DNA from: Cinqassovirus ah1
Lineage: Duplodnaviria; Heunggongvirae; Uroviricota; Caudoviricetes; Straboviridae
Length of the DNA stretch: 64,000 bases
Strand: one strand, 5' to 3'
IMG/VR virus record: IMGVR_UViG_2974724611_000001
Location: 12,650 to 76,649 of that record
Shown: positions 7,720 to 16,758 of the stretch, one piece after another
How positions within the stretch are numbered: position 1 is the first letter of the stretch
How the letters are laid out: the number at the start of each line of letters is the position of its first letter
Made by a program: the position numbers and the translations under genes
Notes under the pieces: model-generated
What the model saw: only the letters and a program-made list of their open reading frames with translations
Told to the model about the DNA's origin: nothing
Databases searched by the model: none

Positions 7720-10027
7720 TCTCCACCATCGTAGTAAAGCGACCTTGCTTATGCATACGAATGTGGCGATTGAAACTGTCATCCATAGCGTCTTTACGAT
7801 GCGAGATAACAATTATGTTGGACTTCATACTATCCAGCATTTTGTTGATTCCAACGATACCCATTTCATCACAGGATCCGTCGAACACTTCGTCCATGCA
7901 TAGCAGGTTGATATTAACTCCACTAATCATACTGCTAACATCGCGCCATGTAAACAACAAACTGAGGTTGATTCTCGCTTTCTCACCTTCTGAGAAGGAA
8001 GCATAACAGAAATCTTCTCTACCACGAGATTTGATAGATTCGTTGAATCCTTCATCAAGCGCAAACACATAGTCGGCACCCAATGCTTTCAAATACTCGT
8101 TGATCTTCTTGTTAAACACAGGGATATATCGTTTAACAATGTGCGCTTTCACGCCGTTGTCTTTCAACATATCGGCAACAATTGAACGATGATGAAGTTC
8201 AAGAACAATCTTAGCGATCTCGTCCTTCAACTCATTAGCTCGTTTAAGTGCTGCATCAACTTGAGAACGATCATACTCGGTAGCTTTCAAGTCGTCAATC
8301 TGTTTTTTCAAGTTTCTTGCGTTTTCTGCGGTAGTCTCATAGGACTCGGTACCAGTAGCGATACTAGCTTTCAACGCTTCCACATTCGCTTTGTATTGTG
8401 CAACAGCCAGATTGTGTTTTGCAACACGTTCCGACTTCAAACGTTCAACTTCGTCTTCCAACTGAGACAGGCGATCTTCCAATTCGGCTTTGTTGTCTTT
8501 GAAACTGTCAATAGCCCAACGTTTTTCGTCTTCGAGTTTGCGCATATTGCGATCATACTCGATTACCTGATTTGCGTGACTCAGGCGCATTTCCTCGATC
8601 TCTCGATCAATTCGACGGATCTCGGCTTCGTGCTGTTCGCTGATAGTACGACACTGATAGGCATAATCTGCCGTCTGCTTTTCGTACTCACGGCGTTTAC
8701 GCTCGTTTTCGTCAACAGTTGCCCGATATGCTTTGAGATCAATTTCGTATTGCTGTTCCTGTGCAGTCAGATCGGAAATAATCTGTTCTTGCTCAGAAAT
8801 TTTAACATCAAAACTAGCGATTTCGTTATCGATTTCGGCAATGCGATCATGAGAATGCGTAGAGCAATCGGTGCCGCAAGTTGGACACTCACCACCTTTC
8901 TCAAAAAATTCTCGACGTCCAACGAGCTGGCGCTTATCCAGTTCGAATGCCATCTTTAGCTGATTAGCTAGTTTCAGTTCTTCGCGAACGTTCACCACAG
9001 TCGGCTCAGACGCTTCCACGTACACCGGTTCCTCGGGAATAGGAACAGCGGCAGTCTTGTCAATCAGATCTTCTTGAGTTGGCTTAGAATCGCGCAACAT
9101 CATTTCGTCATGATCCAATGCACATTCATGAGGCTGATCCAAACGCAGCATAGCAATCTTGGATTGAATCTCGTCCAACTCTTCTTTGTGGGAAGATTGG
9201 AGTTCATCAATCTGAGAATTCAGATTAGCGCGTTTGTCTTCAACTTCTTGTGAATCGTCCTGCTCAATATACTCTGGCTCTACCAGAGATTCAAGCTCAT
9301 TTTTATTTTTGGCAACACTTTCTTTAAACGCTTTCGCCTGATCTACCAACGAACGGAAGTTAGTGGTGAACATAGCGATCATGTTATCAGTCTGTTTTTG
9401 TTGCGCGGTAATCGACGCTTCGGCAGTTTGCTGTTCGCTTTCCGCGGAAGCTAGTTTTACGCGCAAAAGTTCAAGCTCGCCCTTCTTCTCTTTGATGATC
9501 CCTTTGTTGATCTTGTCCATGTCGCCTATAACGGAAACATCCAGAAGATCTTCAACGAGTTCGCGACGCTTACCAGCAGGCAGTTCCATGAACGGCTTAT
9601 ATCCAGCAGTGCCAAGAACGATGATCTGCTTGAAACTGTCGTAACTGATACCAAGCAACTCGTTTTCAAAATACGATTGATATTCCGTCGCGCTTGCAAC
9701 TTCTTTCAGCGGCTCGCCGTTCTTTGTGATTTTAAGAATGTTAGGCTTGATACCGCGCTCGATATGATAGCGATCTTTACCAACACTCAATTCACCTTCA
9801 ACATGGAGACCCTTCTTGTTCTGAGAGTTCACCAGTTGCGCTTTTGTTACATCACGAAACGCTTTGCCATAAAGCAGGAAAGTAAGTGCTTCGATAAAAG
9901 TAGACTTACCCGCGCCGTTAGTGCCAGTGACAAGCGTTTTCTTGTGTTCGTCAAGAGTGACGCGAATTGCCTTCGCGCCAACTGACATAATATTCTGGTA
10001 TTTTACCCAGTGAAATGAAATATCCAT
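7709..10027 (-). CDS. 46: Recombination endonuclease subunit gp46 (Rad50/SbcC-like), with an expanded coiled-coil
   Basis: MDISFHWVKYQNIMSVG aligns with T4 MKNFKLNRVKYKNIMSVG. Carries Walker A GTNGAGKST and the C-terminal signature SFSEGEKAR...LCMDEVFDG. 772 aa versus 560 aa in T4. Its start overlaps the gp47 stop (TAATG). Confidence 0.9.
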   Translation of the reverse strand: MDISFHWVKYQNIMSVGAKAIRVTLDEHKKTLVTGTNGAGKSTFIEALTFLLYGKAFRDVTKAQLVNSQNKKGLHVEGELSVGKDRYHIERGIKPNILKITKNGEPLKEVASATEYQSYFENELLGISYDSFKQIIVLGTAGYKPFMELPAGKRRELVEDLLDVSVIGDMDKINKGIIKEKKGELELLRVKLASAESEQQTAEASITAQQKQTDNMIAMFTTNFRSLVDQAKAFKESVAKNKNELESLVEPEYIEQDDSQEVEDKRANLNSQIDELQSSHKEELDEIQSKIAMLRLDQPHECALDHDEMMLRDSKPTQEDLIDKTAAVPIPEEPVYVEASEPTVVNVREELKLANQLKMAFELDKRQLVGRREFFEKGGECPTCGTDCSTHSHDRIAEIDNEIASFDVKISEQEQIISDLTAQEQQYEIDLKAYRATVDENERKRREYEKQTADYAYQCRTISEQHEAEIRRIDREIEEMRLSHANQVIEYDRNMRKLEDEKRWAIDSFKDNKAELEDRLSQLEDEVERLKSERVAKHNLAVAQYKANVEALKASIATGTESYETTAENARNLKKQIDDLKATEYDRSQVDAALKRANELKDEIAKIVLELHHRSIVADMLKDNGVKAHIVKRYIPVFNKKINEYLKALGADYVFALDEGFNESIKSRGREDFCYASFSEGEKARINLSLLFTWRDVSSMISGVNINLLCMDEVFDGSCDEMGIVGINKMLDSMKSNIIVISHRKDAMDDSFNRHIRMHKQGRFTTMVENVR

Positions 10028-11055
10028 TATGCTCCCTTACCGGAGTTTGCAACTGCATAAAGCTCCTGAACATAGCCGCCAACGGACTTTTTATCGTCGT
10101 CGTCAATCGCTAGTCCAGTAACGTAGTCTTTCATTTGTTCGATAACTTTTTTCGTTTCGGTGATATCTTCAACATCGGAAGAGAAGCTATACACCTGTTT
10201 ATGACGGAACTCATAGCACACGTTTTCGAATTGCGCCATGACAGCATCAAGTTTGTCATCGAACTCATAGATTACCAATTCTACGATCTTGTCCTTGCAT
10301 TTGTCAATGACTTTCGGATCAAAATCTTTCTTGTAATCGATTCGCAGATGCCAGATATCGGGGTTAGCGACAAATTCCAGTTCTTTAGTATCAGTATCGA
10401 ATACCCAGAATCCGCGAATCTCGTTGCAATCGCCCATAGTCAGGGTGTACGGTGTGCCGGTATACAATACATTGCCCTTACGGCTTGATGTGTGATAGTG
10501 GCCACTAATAACTTGCTTGTAGTTGCTCAGGAAGTCAATTGCTTCACCGGTAGACGGAATTCCCTTGTAGAACTCGAATCCGTCAAGCTCCCAGTGTCCA
10601 ACGCAGTATTCGGAATCCGTCTCGGCGGCGTATTTCTCGATTGCTTCTTTGTTCTCAGAGCACTTCCACGGATACAGATCCCAAAGAGTATCACCAAACG
10701 CAACAGTGGTTGGCTTATCGATGATATGGATACCTGGTACATCATGAAACATTTCGGTAACACTATTCGGCATGATCTTGTCTTTAAGATGCATATCGTG
10801 GTTGCCGATAATGATATACTCGTCTGTAAACGCATCCTGGTACATCGGACTAAGCACTTCGCGTTGGAACTTCATCGTCTCTTGCGAGAGACCAGCACGA
10901 ACGTCAAACCAGTCGCCAGTTTGAATCAGCGTTTTGATATCGTGTTTCTTGGCGTAGTCGCACAGAAATTTGGAACCAAGATAGATAGCGTTTTGCATGT
11001 ATGCGCTATCTTTTTGGGTTCCAACATGCTTATCGCCTTCAATGATAAGTTTCAT
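10027..11055 (-). CDS. 47: Recombination endonuclease subunit gp47 (Mre11/SbcD-like)
   Basis: Phosphoesterase motifs GDWFD, GNHD and GHWE. Start set at MKLIIEGD with a GAGGAA SD. Confidence 0.9.
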   Translation of the reverse strand: MKLIIEGDKHVGTQKDSAYMQNAIYLGSKFLCDYAKKHDIKTLIQTGDWFDVRAGLSQETMKFQREVLSPMYQDAFTDEYIIIGNHDMHLKDKIMPNSVTEMFHDVPGIHIIDKPTTVAFGDTLWDLYPWKCSENKEAIEKYAAETDSEYCVGHWELDGFEFYKGIPSTGEAIDFLSNYKQVISGHYHTSSRKGNVLYTGTPYTLTMGDCNEIRGFWVFDTDTKELEFVANPDIWHLRIDYKKDFDPKVIDKCKDKIVELVIYEFDDKLDAVMAQFENVCYEFRHKQVYSFSSDVEDITETKKVIEQMKDYVTGLAIDDDDKKSVGGYVQELYAVANSGKGA

Positions 11056-11114
11056 ATTATTTCCTCGTGAATAAGTATAGCTATGATACATCAAGGTCAG
11101 CGAGTAGTCAACAT

Positions 11115-11230
11115 GTGCGCGGCACTTCGAGCGTAGCGAGACAAAACAAAATCTCTTATAGATCTTTAATGAGAATCTATTTTGTCTTCCTTAAGGTAAT
11201 CAATGAGTTAGCTTCGCGGTGGCTTGCCAC
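11115..11230. repeat. Copy 1 of a ~125-bp inverted-repeat element (partner at 27214-27340)
   Basis: The reverse complement matches 27231-27309 almost exactly (gcgaagctaactcattgattaccttaaggaagacaaaatagattctcattaaagatctataagagatttt...), with flanking similarity. Confidence 0.6.
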
Positions 11231-11238
11231 TTACCATA

Positions 11239-11262
11239 CGAAAAAGCCACCCGAAGGTGGCT
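11239..11262 (-). terminator. Rho-independent terminator, UUCG tetraloop
   Basis: Minus-strand RNA GCCACC-UUCG-GGUGGC followed by UUUUUCG. Confidence 0.6.
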
Positions 11263-11825
11263 CAAATGTCAAGCGTCTTAGCTTTGATGTATCCAGTTTG
11301 TTCGATGTACTGTTCCAACTCTTCTTTCGTCCACCGCTCTTTGTCAAGAGAAAGAACTTCCTTGATTTTTTCCTGATACTTCGTTCCCATAACGTCGTAA
11401 TCTTTTCCGCATCGATTCTCATATCTCTGTCTTGCTAATGCTTCATCAATAGGAAACTCTACCAACACGAAATCGTATTTAAGTCGCTTATACTCAATAA
11501 CAGGTTTATGGCCGTCCAAAATAACATACTCATATCCCATAGATTCGAGTTGTTCTAAAGAATATTGTAATGCACTATAAAATTGGACAGCAGGAGTTGT
11601 TTCGAAGCAATGATATGTATGATTTGAACTCCTACATTTCTTATTTCGATCATATGCTCCTATTGCACAAATCTTATCGTTGAACTTGGTATAACTAACC
11701 GTTGCTCCTTTCGGAGAAGGACAATCTATTTTATTTCTTGCATCCGGATTGAATTTATCTACAAGCGAATACATATAGGTAGTTTTTCCTGCGCCAGGAA
11801 TACCTAATAGCATTATTACTCTCAT
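11262..11825 (-). CDS. P-loop NTPase/kinase-like protein
   Basis: N-terminal Walker A MLLGIPGAGKTTY and a hhhhDG Walker B-like motif (YVILDGH). Confidence 0.55.
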   Translation of the reverse strand: MRVIMLLGIPGAGKTTYMYSLVDKFNPDARNKIDCPSPKGATVSYTKFNDKICAIGAYDRNKKCRSSNHTYHCFETTPAVQFYSALQYSLEQLESMGYEYVILDGHKPVIEYKRLKYDFVLVEFPIDEALARQRYENRCGKDYDVMGTKYQEKIKEVLSLDKERWTKEELEQYIEQTGYIKAKTLDI

Positions 11826-11843
11826 GATACCTCTTTTAGTTTT

Positions 11844-12239
11844 TCATAACCTAATTATGGCACACTTTATTTGAATAGTAAACAAAAGCCACCCGAAGGT
11901 GGCTATATTTATTAAAACATCTTCGCTATTTGTTGGATCGAGATATGGAACACCAGCTTCAATTTTTAACACATACGTGATATTTGTTGCTGTATCCAGA
12001 ATTTCATCCTGCTTAATTGCTTCTTCAACGAGTTTATCACCGACAACAACGCGACGCTTGCCGTCATTCGTTGCTGGTTTAGCGAGAGCTCCTACCATAT
12101 CGGCAGTATAGTCGCCAGCTTGCGGAAGAACGTTACCGTTTCTGTTATTGAACGACGAAACGTTAGCAGGCTTAGTACCCTCTGCCAAAATACCAGCAAC
12201 TCGTGGGTGTAAATTTTTGGATTTTAAACTGAGTGCCAA
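11844..12239 (-). CDS. Hypothetical protein (TTG start; 3' end reads through a terminator hairpin)
   Basis: 131-aa ORF with no in-frame ATG. The coding sequence runs through the GCCACC-UUCG-GGUGGC hairpin at 11884-11903. Confidence 0.3.
   Translation of the reverse strand: MALSLKSKNLHPRVAGILAEGTKPANVSSFNNRNGNVLPQAGDYTADMVGALAKPATNDGKRRVVVGDKLVEEAIKQDEILDTATNITYVLKIEAGVPYLDPTNSEDVLINIATFGWLLFTIQIKCAIIRL
11884..11903 (-). terminator. UUCG-tetraloop hairpin terminator (identical stem to 11246-11261)
   Basis: aaaagccacccgaaggtggc followed by a T-rich tract on the minus strand. Confidence 0.45.
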
Positions 12240-12344
12240 CAGGAATACCAGTAGCAGCGTTCAGAGGAATCCATGCTTTACCAACAATCACGTTTGGGAT
12301 TGTCTGCCATTTTAAATCTCCTATGTTTTATGTTATTTAACAAA

Positions 12345-12374
12345 ACAAAAAGGGAGCCGAAGCTCCCTTTTTGT
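12345..12374 (-). terminator. Bidirectional rho-independent terminator
   Basis: AAAAAGGGAGC-CGAA-GCTCCCTTTTT, with A/T runs on both sides. Confidence 0.55.
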
Positions 12375-12770
12375 TTAGACAGAACACACTGGTGTCAGTG
12401 AAACTTTCTCAGTCTCGCTGGCAGCTTCTGGCTTGCTTTCTTTTACTTTCTGATATGCTTCCATTACTAGCTCGTCATAACGCTGTTTGGAACTCATCCA
12501 GAGCGATTCCAGAACGTCTCTAGCAATAGGCTTTTGCAAAGTCAGAACACGGAGTTTCTCGATTGCGTAGATATACCCGTCTTTGTTACATACATGCAGA
12601 CATTCTTCCGCGTGTAGTCTCAGACGCTCAATCTCTTTCCGATTCTTGGCAAGATATTTCTTACTCTTCTTTTCTACCATAGATTTAATCGCGGCTTGTT
12701 CACGCTCTTTCGCTTCTTCGATTTCGCGTTGATCTTCGGCAATTACAGATTCAAGTTGTGTTTCAGTCAT
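12375..12770 (-). CDS. Hypothetical protein
   Basis: 131-aa ORF, charged and coiled-coil-like; its start overlaps the upstream gene stop. Confidence 0.5.
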   Translation of the reverse strand: MTETQLESVIAEDQREIEEAKEREQAAIKSMVEKKSKKYLAKNRKEIERLRLHAEECLHVCNKDGYIYAIEKLRVLTLQKPIARDVLESLWMSSKQRYDELVMEAYQKVKESKPEAASETEKVSLTPVCSV

Positions 12771-13078
12771 TTATTTTTCCATGTATAAGTGATAGTCAAA
12801 CCATTATCCACAATAGATAATTCACCATGCTTTAATACCATACGGTTAGAACGAATAGAAAGAGGATCAATAATCACCGGGATTCCAGATTCGAGCAATT
12901 TTAAATTTAGCATATAGGAAACTAGATCTAGTTCATAGTTTGACTCAATTAATAAGTCGATGGGATTTATGGATAATGAGATATTATTCGCTATCATCTT
13001 CATCATCCTCAAGGAATGACAGTCCGCCGAGTTGCTTGGGTTTCTTGGGCTTAATTTTTCTATTAGCCTCAAACTCAT
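12767..13078 (-). CDS. Hypothetical protein
   Basis: 103-aa ORF overlapping the gp55 3' end in another frame. Confidence 0.35.
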   Translation of the reverse strand: MSLRLIEKLSPRNPSNSADCHSLRMMKMIANNISLSINPIDLLIESNYELDLVSYMLNLKLLESGIPVIIDPLSIRSNRMVLKHGELSIVDNGLTITYTWKNK

Positions 13079-13505
13079 TCGCTTTCGTCATCATGTCATT
13101 ATAGAAGGCAACATCCACAAGTTTGGCCATGTCTTCGTCTTCGCCGTCATGAACATGTTCCAAGAAATATTTGTATTTAGCCGCTTCTTCCTGTTTCATG
13201 AATTTGATTCGATTGAAAAAGGCTCTGGCACAGATCATACTAATATATGCATGTGGATTACTATAACGCTGGGTATCAAAATTCTTGCAATATCGCAAGC
13301 ATACATCGATTGCCGCACCTACCATTGCTTCTTTCCATGTGTCGGTATAGCGATTAAATCGCCAATGATGCGTAAATCCTTCTGCGATCTTCATGATCGC
13401 TCCCCCGATAAATTCGGGCATTCTTTCATTTGGGTTTTCTTTTAACTTCTCTTTCCAAGCGACAAATGCCTGGTAAAGTTCCTCGTTATCAACATAATTT
13501 GCCAT
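12984..13505 (-). CDS. 55: Late-transcription sigma factor gp55
   Basis: 173 aa. YVDNEELYQAFVAWKEKL...NPHAYISMICARAFFNRIK aligns with T4 gp55 YVNNKELLQAIIDWKTEL...NPHAYITQACFNAFVQRIK. Confidence 0.85.
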   Translation of the reverse strand: MANYVDNEELYQAFVAWKEKLKENPNERMPEFIGGAIMKIAEGFTHHWRFNRYTDTWKEAMVGAAIDVCLRYCKNFDTQRYSNPHAYISMICARAFFNRIKFMKQEEAAKYKYFLEHVHDGEDEDMAKLVDVAFYNDMMTKANEFEANRKIKPKKPKQLGGLSFLEDDEDDSE

Positions 13506-13567
13506 AAAGGTATACTTCCCTCGTTTGTTTACAAGAGAAGTATACTATGAAAAGTTGATATTATAAA

Positions 13568-15007
13568 CTAAGGACGAATTGTAGAAACCCAATCTCGGAC
13601 CATTTTAACATGCTCCGGTTGTATAATGTCAAGCTTAAAATCCAATTTTCTGCACCAGCGATAGAACTTTCCTTGTTCTTCTTTTGACAACTCAAACATG
13701 GTGCCAAACGTGACTTTCTTCTTTCTTGGTGTAGTTTCTTTCTTACGCTCTTTGCGTTCTGGACCACTCACCATATGATCGGTATCAATCTTTGCCTCTG
13801 GTAGATATCTCGATTTCAGATATTCAGCGGCTCGCATATCTGGAACGATTAGCGTCACTTTCCATTTCGAATGCTGATTTCGAATATCGGTTCGCAAACA
13901 AAGCTGGAACACAGGCTCAAGATATTTCGATACCAGATAAGCGTCGATTAGTTTGTTTGTGTCCATATTATGGCAACTCGACAAGCATTTAAGCAACTCT
14001 ATTTGCCATGGCATTGGGTTATAGCTGAATAACGCTACCGCAGTCGTATGGCTCATGTAACTATTAAGTCCATGTGGATTATAAGCTACTCTGTGCCCCA
14101 CTTTCAGTGCCGCTCTATAGCTGTTCGTTGTATAGATGAACGGACTTATTCCAACCAAGTCGTAAACAACGTCCTTGACTTTGTTATAAACGCTTTCACC
14201 GTTGACGTCCTTATCTGCCGCATATCTAGACCATATGCCGTCATAAACGGGAATAATCTCAACTCGATTTGAGTTCGGATACTGAATGAAATCCAGCTTC
14301 TTCATTAGCGGACTTGTTTTAAACTTCCAGCCACAAAAGTCTTTGAGTACAACTCCGGTAAACGTTTCTCTAAAGTTAGCACAAGCGATTGTGATCTTAT
14401 CGAACTTGTTCCACTTTTGAGTTGTGCTATCATCGATGAAATATACCACATTATCTTTGACGATAACGGGAATACCCTGCAACAACGAGCGAGCCAACGA
14501 GAAAACGGAGCTTGAAACAACATCATGACCATATAGACCGTCTGTTGCTATCTTGTTTAGTTTTTCTCTATGATCTTCATCCAGCGTCATTCTACCGTCT
14601 TCGATCTTACAGTATTTTCCAATAAAGTCAAGGTTGTCCGTGAACTTTAATTGATTCAACTGCACAAAATCAGGCACTTCGTCAATATACAATTCGTGAC
14701 CACTCAGATCTTCATAATCTGGATATGTCAACAATGCGGCGTGAGTAATAAACAACACTCGATAATTGCCAGCACTTTCTTTGATTACCTCAGCCACGCT
14801 TTTGCTTCTACTAACATGATCCGAGTCGATGATAATACTATCATTTTCTCCTCCCAAGTTGTTATAGAAGTCATAACTTTGTTGTGATAGTTGACAACTA
14901 ATTGACGCAATCACACAAGGCTTTTTATTCTTTCTAACATGAGTCAGAATTGCTTTTGTCTTGCCAGCAGCAGGAACTGCCTGTAGAATCTCAACGTTTA
15001 ATGCCAT
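13568..15007 (-). CDS. P-loop NTPase of unknown function
   Basis: 479 aa. Walker-A-like AVPAAGKTKAI, Walker-B-like LYIDEVPDF, basic C-terminus. Confidence 0.5.
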   Translation of the reverse strand: MALNVEILQAVPAAGKTKAILTHVRKNKKPCVIASISCQLSQQSYDFYNNLGGENDSIIIDSDHVSRSKSVAEVIKESAGNYRVLFITHAALLTYPDYEDLSGHELYIDEVPDFVQLNQLKFTDNLDFIGKYCKIEDGRMTLDEDHREKLNKIATDGLYGHDVVSSSVFSLARSLLQGIPVIVKDNVVYFIDDSTTQKWNKFDKITIACANFRETFTGVVLKDFCGWKFKTSPLMKKLDFIQYPNSNRVEIIPVYDGIWSRYAADKDVNGESVYNKVKDVVYDLVGISPFIYTTNSYRAALKVGHRVAYNPHGLNSYMSHTTAVALFSYNPMPWQIELLKCLSSCHNMDTNKLIDAYLVSKYLEPVFQLCLRTDIRNQHSKWKVTLIVPDMRAAEYLKSRYLPEAKIDTDHMVSGPERKERKKETTPRKKKVTFGTMFELSKEEQGKFYRWCRKLDFKLDIIQPEHVKMVRDWVSTIRP

Positions 15008-15239
15008 TATCTACACCAAAAGCAATAGTATCGTACTCACGGAGAATAAAAGCAACCAGATGTTCGCGGAGAGCTTTCTTCATCCATGGAGTATCCTCTA
15101 CGACTTTTGTAACTGCATCATGCATCCACTTTACTTGTTCGTCTAGCCAAGCTGGATCACAAGCGAATCCAGTTTTCTTGCGAGATTCAACGGCTTCAAC
15201 GATTCTTGTATTGCAGATGTTTCCAAAAACGACGTTCAT
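14991..15239 (-). CDS. Hypothetical protein
   Basis: 82-aa ORF; 17-nt overlap with the downstream gene. Confidence 0.4.
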   Translation of the reverse strand: MNVVFGNICNTRIVEAVESRKKTGFACDPAWLDEQVKWMHDAVTKVVEDTPWMKKALREHLVAFILREYDTIAFGVDNGIKR

Positions 15240-15314
15240 TTATTCACCTCTCGTTACTGTATAAGCACTATTCTTGCATAGAATAGGACTTTAGTCAACA
15301 AAAAAGGTTCTGAC

Positions 15315-15815
15315 TTACGCCAGAACCTTGTTCCAATACTTATAGTTCATCTTTCGTGCTGTCTTGTAGCATTCAGCGGGATGTAACGGTTGTTTGTGCA
15401 AACGTTTCGCGCTTTTGACTACTTTAGCCCAGCCGTCGGGACGAATGTAGATCAGCCCTGCCCATTTAGGAACGTCATCTGGCGAAATGAGTCCTTCGGG
15501 TACTGCATACCAGAAATAGTTTGACATATCTCCGGCTTCCAACGCTTCTCGTTTCGTCTTGCGAGTCATCTTATGCGTTCGATACAGTGTGGGTTTCTCT
15601 AATTTTTCAAATATGCGAACAGACTTCTTGGCATCGGCTTTGAAATCTGCTTTACTTACCTTGATCTCTATTTCATCACACAAGCCACTCGGACGCAAGC
15701 AAAATAAATCTGCTTCGTTGTCATATAGCGTGTAACAATTTGGGACAATCAGATCATATCGTTTCTGAAATTCAGGTGTTCGTCCTATTGCTTTTTGTAC
15801 GTCCGATTCAGTCAT
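15315..15815 (-). CDS. Hypothetical protein, possible PD-(D/E)XK nuclease
   Basis: 166 aa. D(45)...CDEIEIK has the spacing expected of a PD-(D/E)XK catalytic core. The assignment is weak. Confidence 0.4.
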   Translation of the reverse strand: MTESDVQKAIGRTPEFQKRYDLIVPNCYTLYDNEADLFCLRPSGLCDEIEIKVSKADFKADAKKSVRIFEKLEKPTLYRTHKMTRKTKREALEAGDMSNYFWYAVPEGLISPDDVPKWAGLIYIRPDGWAKVVKSAKRLHKQPLHPAECYKTARKMNYKYWNKVLA

Positions 15816-16096
15816 ACCTGCTCCCCGTATTTTTGCTTGAAAGTCTCAAAACTTCCTATCCACTTATCGTCAACGAATATCTGTGGATATTGCCGAGGAG
15901 AGGTATCTTTGCCTGCTCTAATTCGACATTCTTCAATAGCGGGTCTGTTATATGCAAACCCTATTTGATTTGAATCTCGAACTATAACCGGAATGAATGT
16001 ATAATCGAGCCCATATGAGCGACAGAAATCAACGGCAGCAATACACCCAGGACATTTGAATAAGTCTTCTGGTATGCCGTAGATTTCTATTTTCAT
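15812..16096 (-). CDS. Glutaredoxin-like protein
   Basis: 94 aa with a CPGC active site and a Grx fold pattern (PxIFV.D.wIGG-like). Confidence 0.7.
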   Translation of the reverse strand: MKIEIYGIPEDLFKCPGCIAAVDFCRSYGLDYTFIPVIVRDSNQIGFAYNRPAIEECRIRAGKDTSPRQYPQIFVDDKWIGSFETFKQKYGEQV

Positions 16097-16365
16097 GCGT
16101 TTTCGTTTACCCAGGCTTTCAGTTCTTCAAAGCCACCGATGTATTCACCATCAGCGAATACTTGAGGCATAGAAGTAACAACAACACCATGCTCTTTTGC
16201 GCGGCGAGTTAGATCAGCTTTATTTGTTTTGTGTTCTTCTGTCTTACTGATTTTTGCAATCGGCAGAAAAACATAGTCTACCATTCTGGTGTCAAGCAGA
16301 CGCTTGGCATTCAGACAGGGTTTGCATTCGAGTTCGAGAGGATCGAAACCGTACACTTCCAGCAT
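16093..16365 (-). CDS. nrdH: NrdH-like glutaredoxin
   Basis: 90 aa with a CKPC active site, VPQVFADGEYIGGFEEL, and a position adjacent to the nrdDG cluster. Confidence 0.7.
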   Translation of the reverse strand: MLEVYGFDPLELECKPCLNAKRLLDTRMVDYVFLPIAKISKTEEHKTNKADLTRRAKEHGVVVTSMPQVFADGEYIGGFEELKAWVNENA

Positions 16366-16374
16366 TATTATTCC

Positions 16375-16758
16375 TTAAATTACTTGAGTAAAAGTTCGAT
16401 TGATAATATCAAGTTGTTGCTCGTTGGTCAGAGCAGAGAAACGAACGGCGTAGCCTGAAACTCTGATTGTCAGATTCGGATATTGTTCCGGGTGTTCCAT
16501 AGCATTTACCAGAGTTTCACGGGTGAACACATTAACATTGAGGTGTTGGCCACCGTTCGGCTGATATTCTTTAACGATGTCGATTTCGCGAGTAACAGCG
16601 AGATCAACTTGATGTTTCACGGCAACATATTTAACGCTGCCAGCTTTTAGAATTTCATCATCATGATAGCCGGGAGCACAAATAACTCGGATTGCATCTT
16701 CGGTAACAAATAGAATTGCACCACGCAAATGCCCGCTTAATACTTGAATTGCTTTCAT
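16375..16758 (-). CDS. grcA: Autonomous glycyl-radical cofactor (GrcA/YfiD, T4 Y06I-like)
   Basis: 127 aa. GGQHLNVNV...LTIRVSGYAVRF...LTNEQQLDIINRTFT is near-collinear with E. coli GrcA, including the RVSGY glycyl-radical motif. Confidence 0.88.
   Translation of the reverse strand: MKAIQVLSGHLRGAILFVTEDAIRVICAPGYHDDEILKAGSVKYVAVKHQVDLAVTREIDIVKEYQPNGGQHLNVNVFTRETLVNAMEHPEQYPNLTIRVSGYAVRFSALTNEQQLDIINRTFTQVI

Noticed and set aside
8189-8959. Plus-strand ORFs of 200-320 aa from the track: 1453..2052, 5677..6306, 8189..8959, 30218..31084, 31701..32546, 55305..56258, 56836..57558, 62628..63254.
   Set aside because: All are antisense to genes with strong homology support (gp43, gp44, gp46, SprT, SPFH, NAMPT, OMP, ART). 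They have low-complexity composition and no RBS. Judged to be shadow ORFs.
11084-11110. Sigma70 promoter for gene 47 (TTGACT...TATCAT).
   Set aside because: The spacer is only 15 nt and the -10 box is poor, so it is not listed as a feature. The transcription signal for 47 remains unassigned.
11067-11438. Plus-strand 123-aa ORF and the N-terminal extension of 26953..27279 (-). Both begin MRIYFVFLKVINELAS.
   Set aside because: The shared peptide is just the inverted-repeat element read in one open frame. There is no SD, and it overlaps a terminator and promoter. Treated as an artefact of the repeat.
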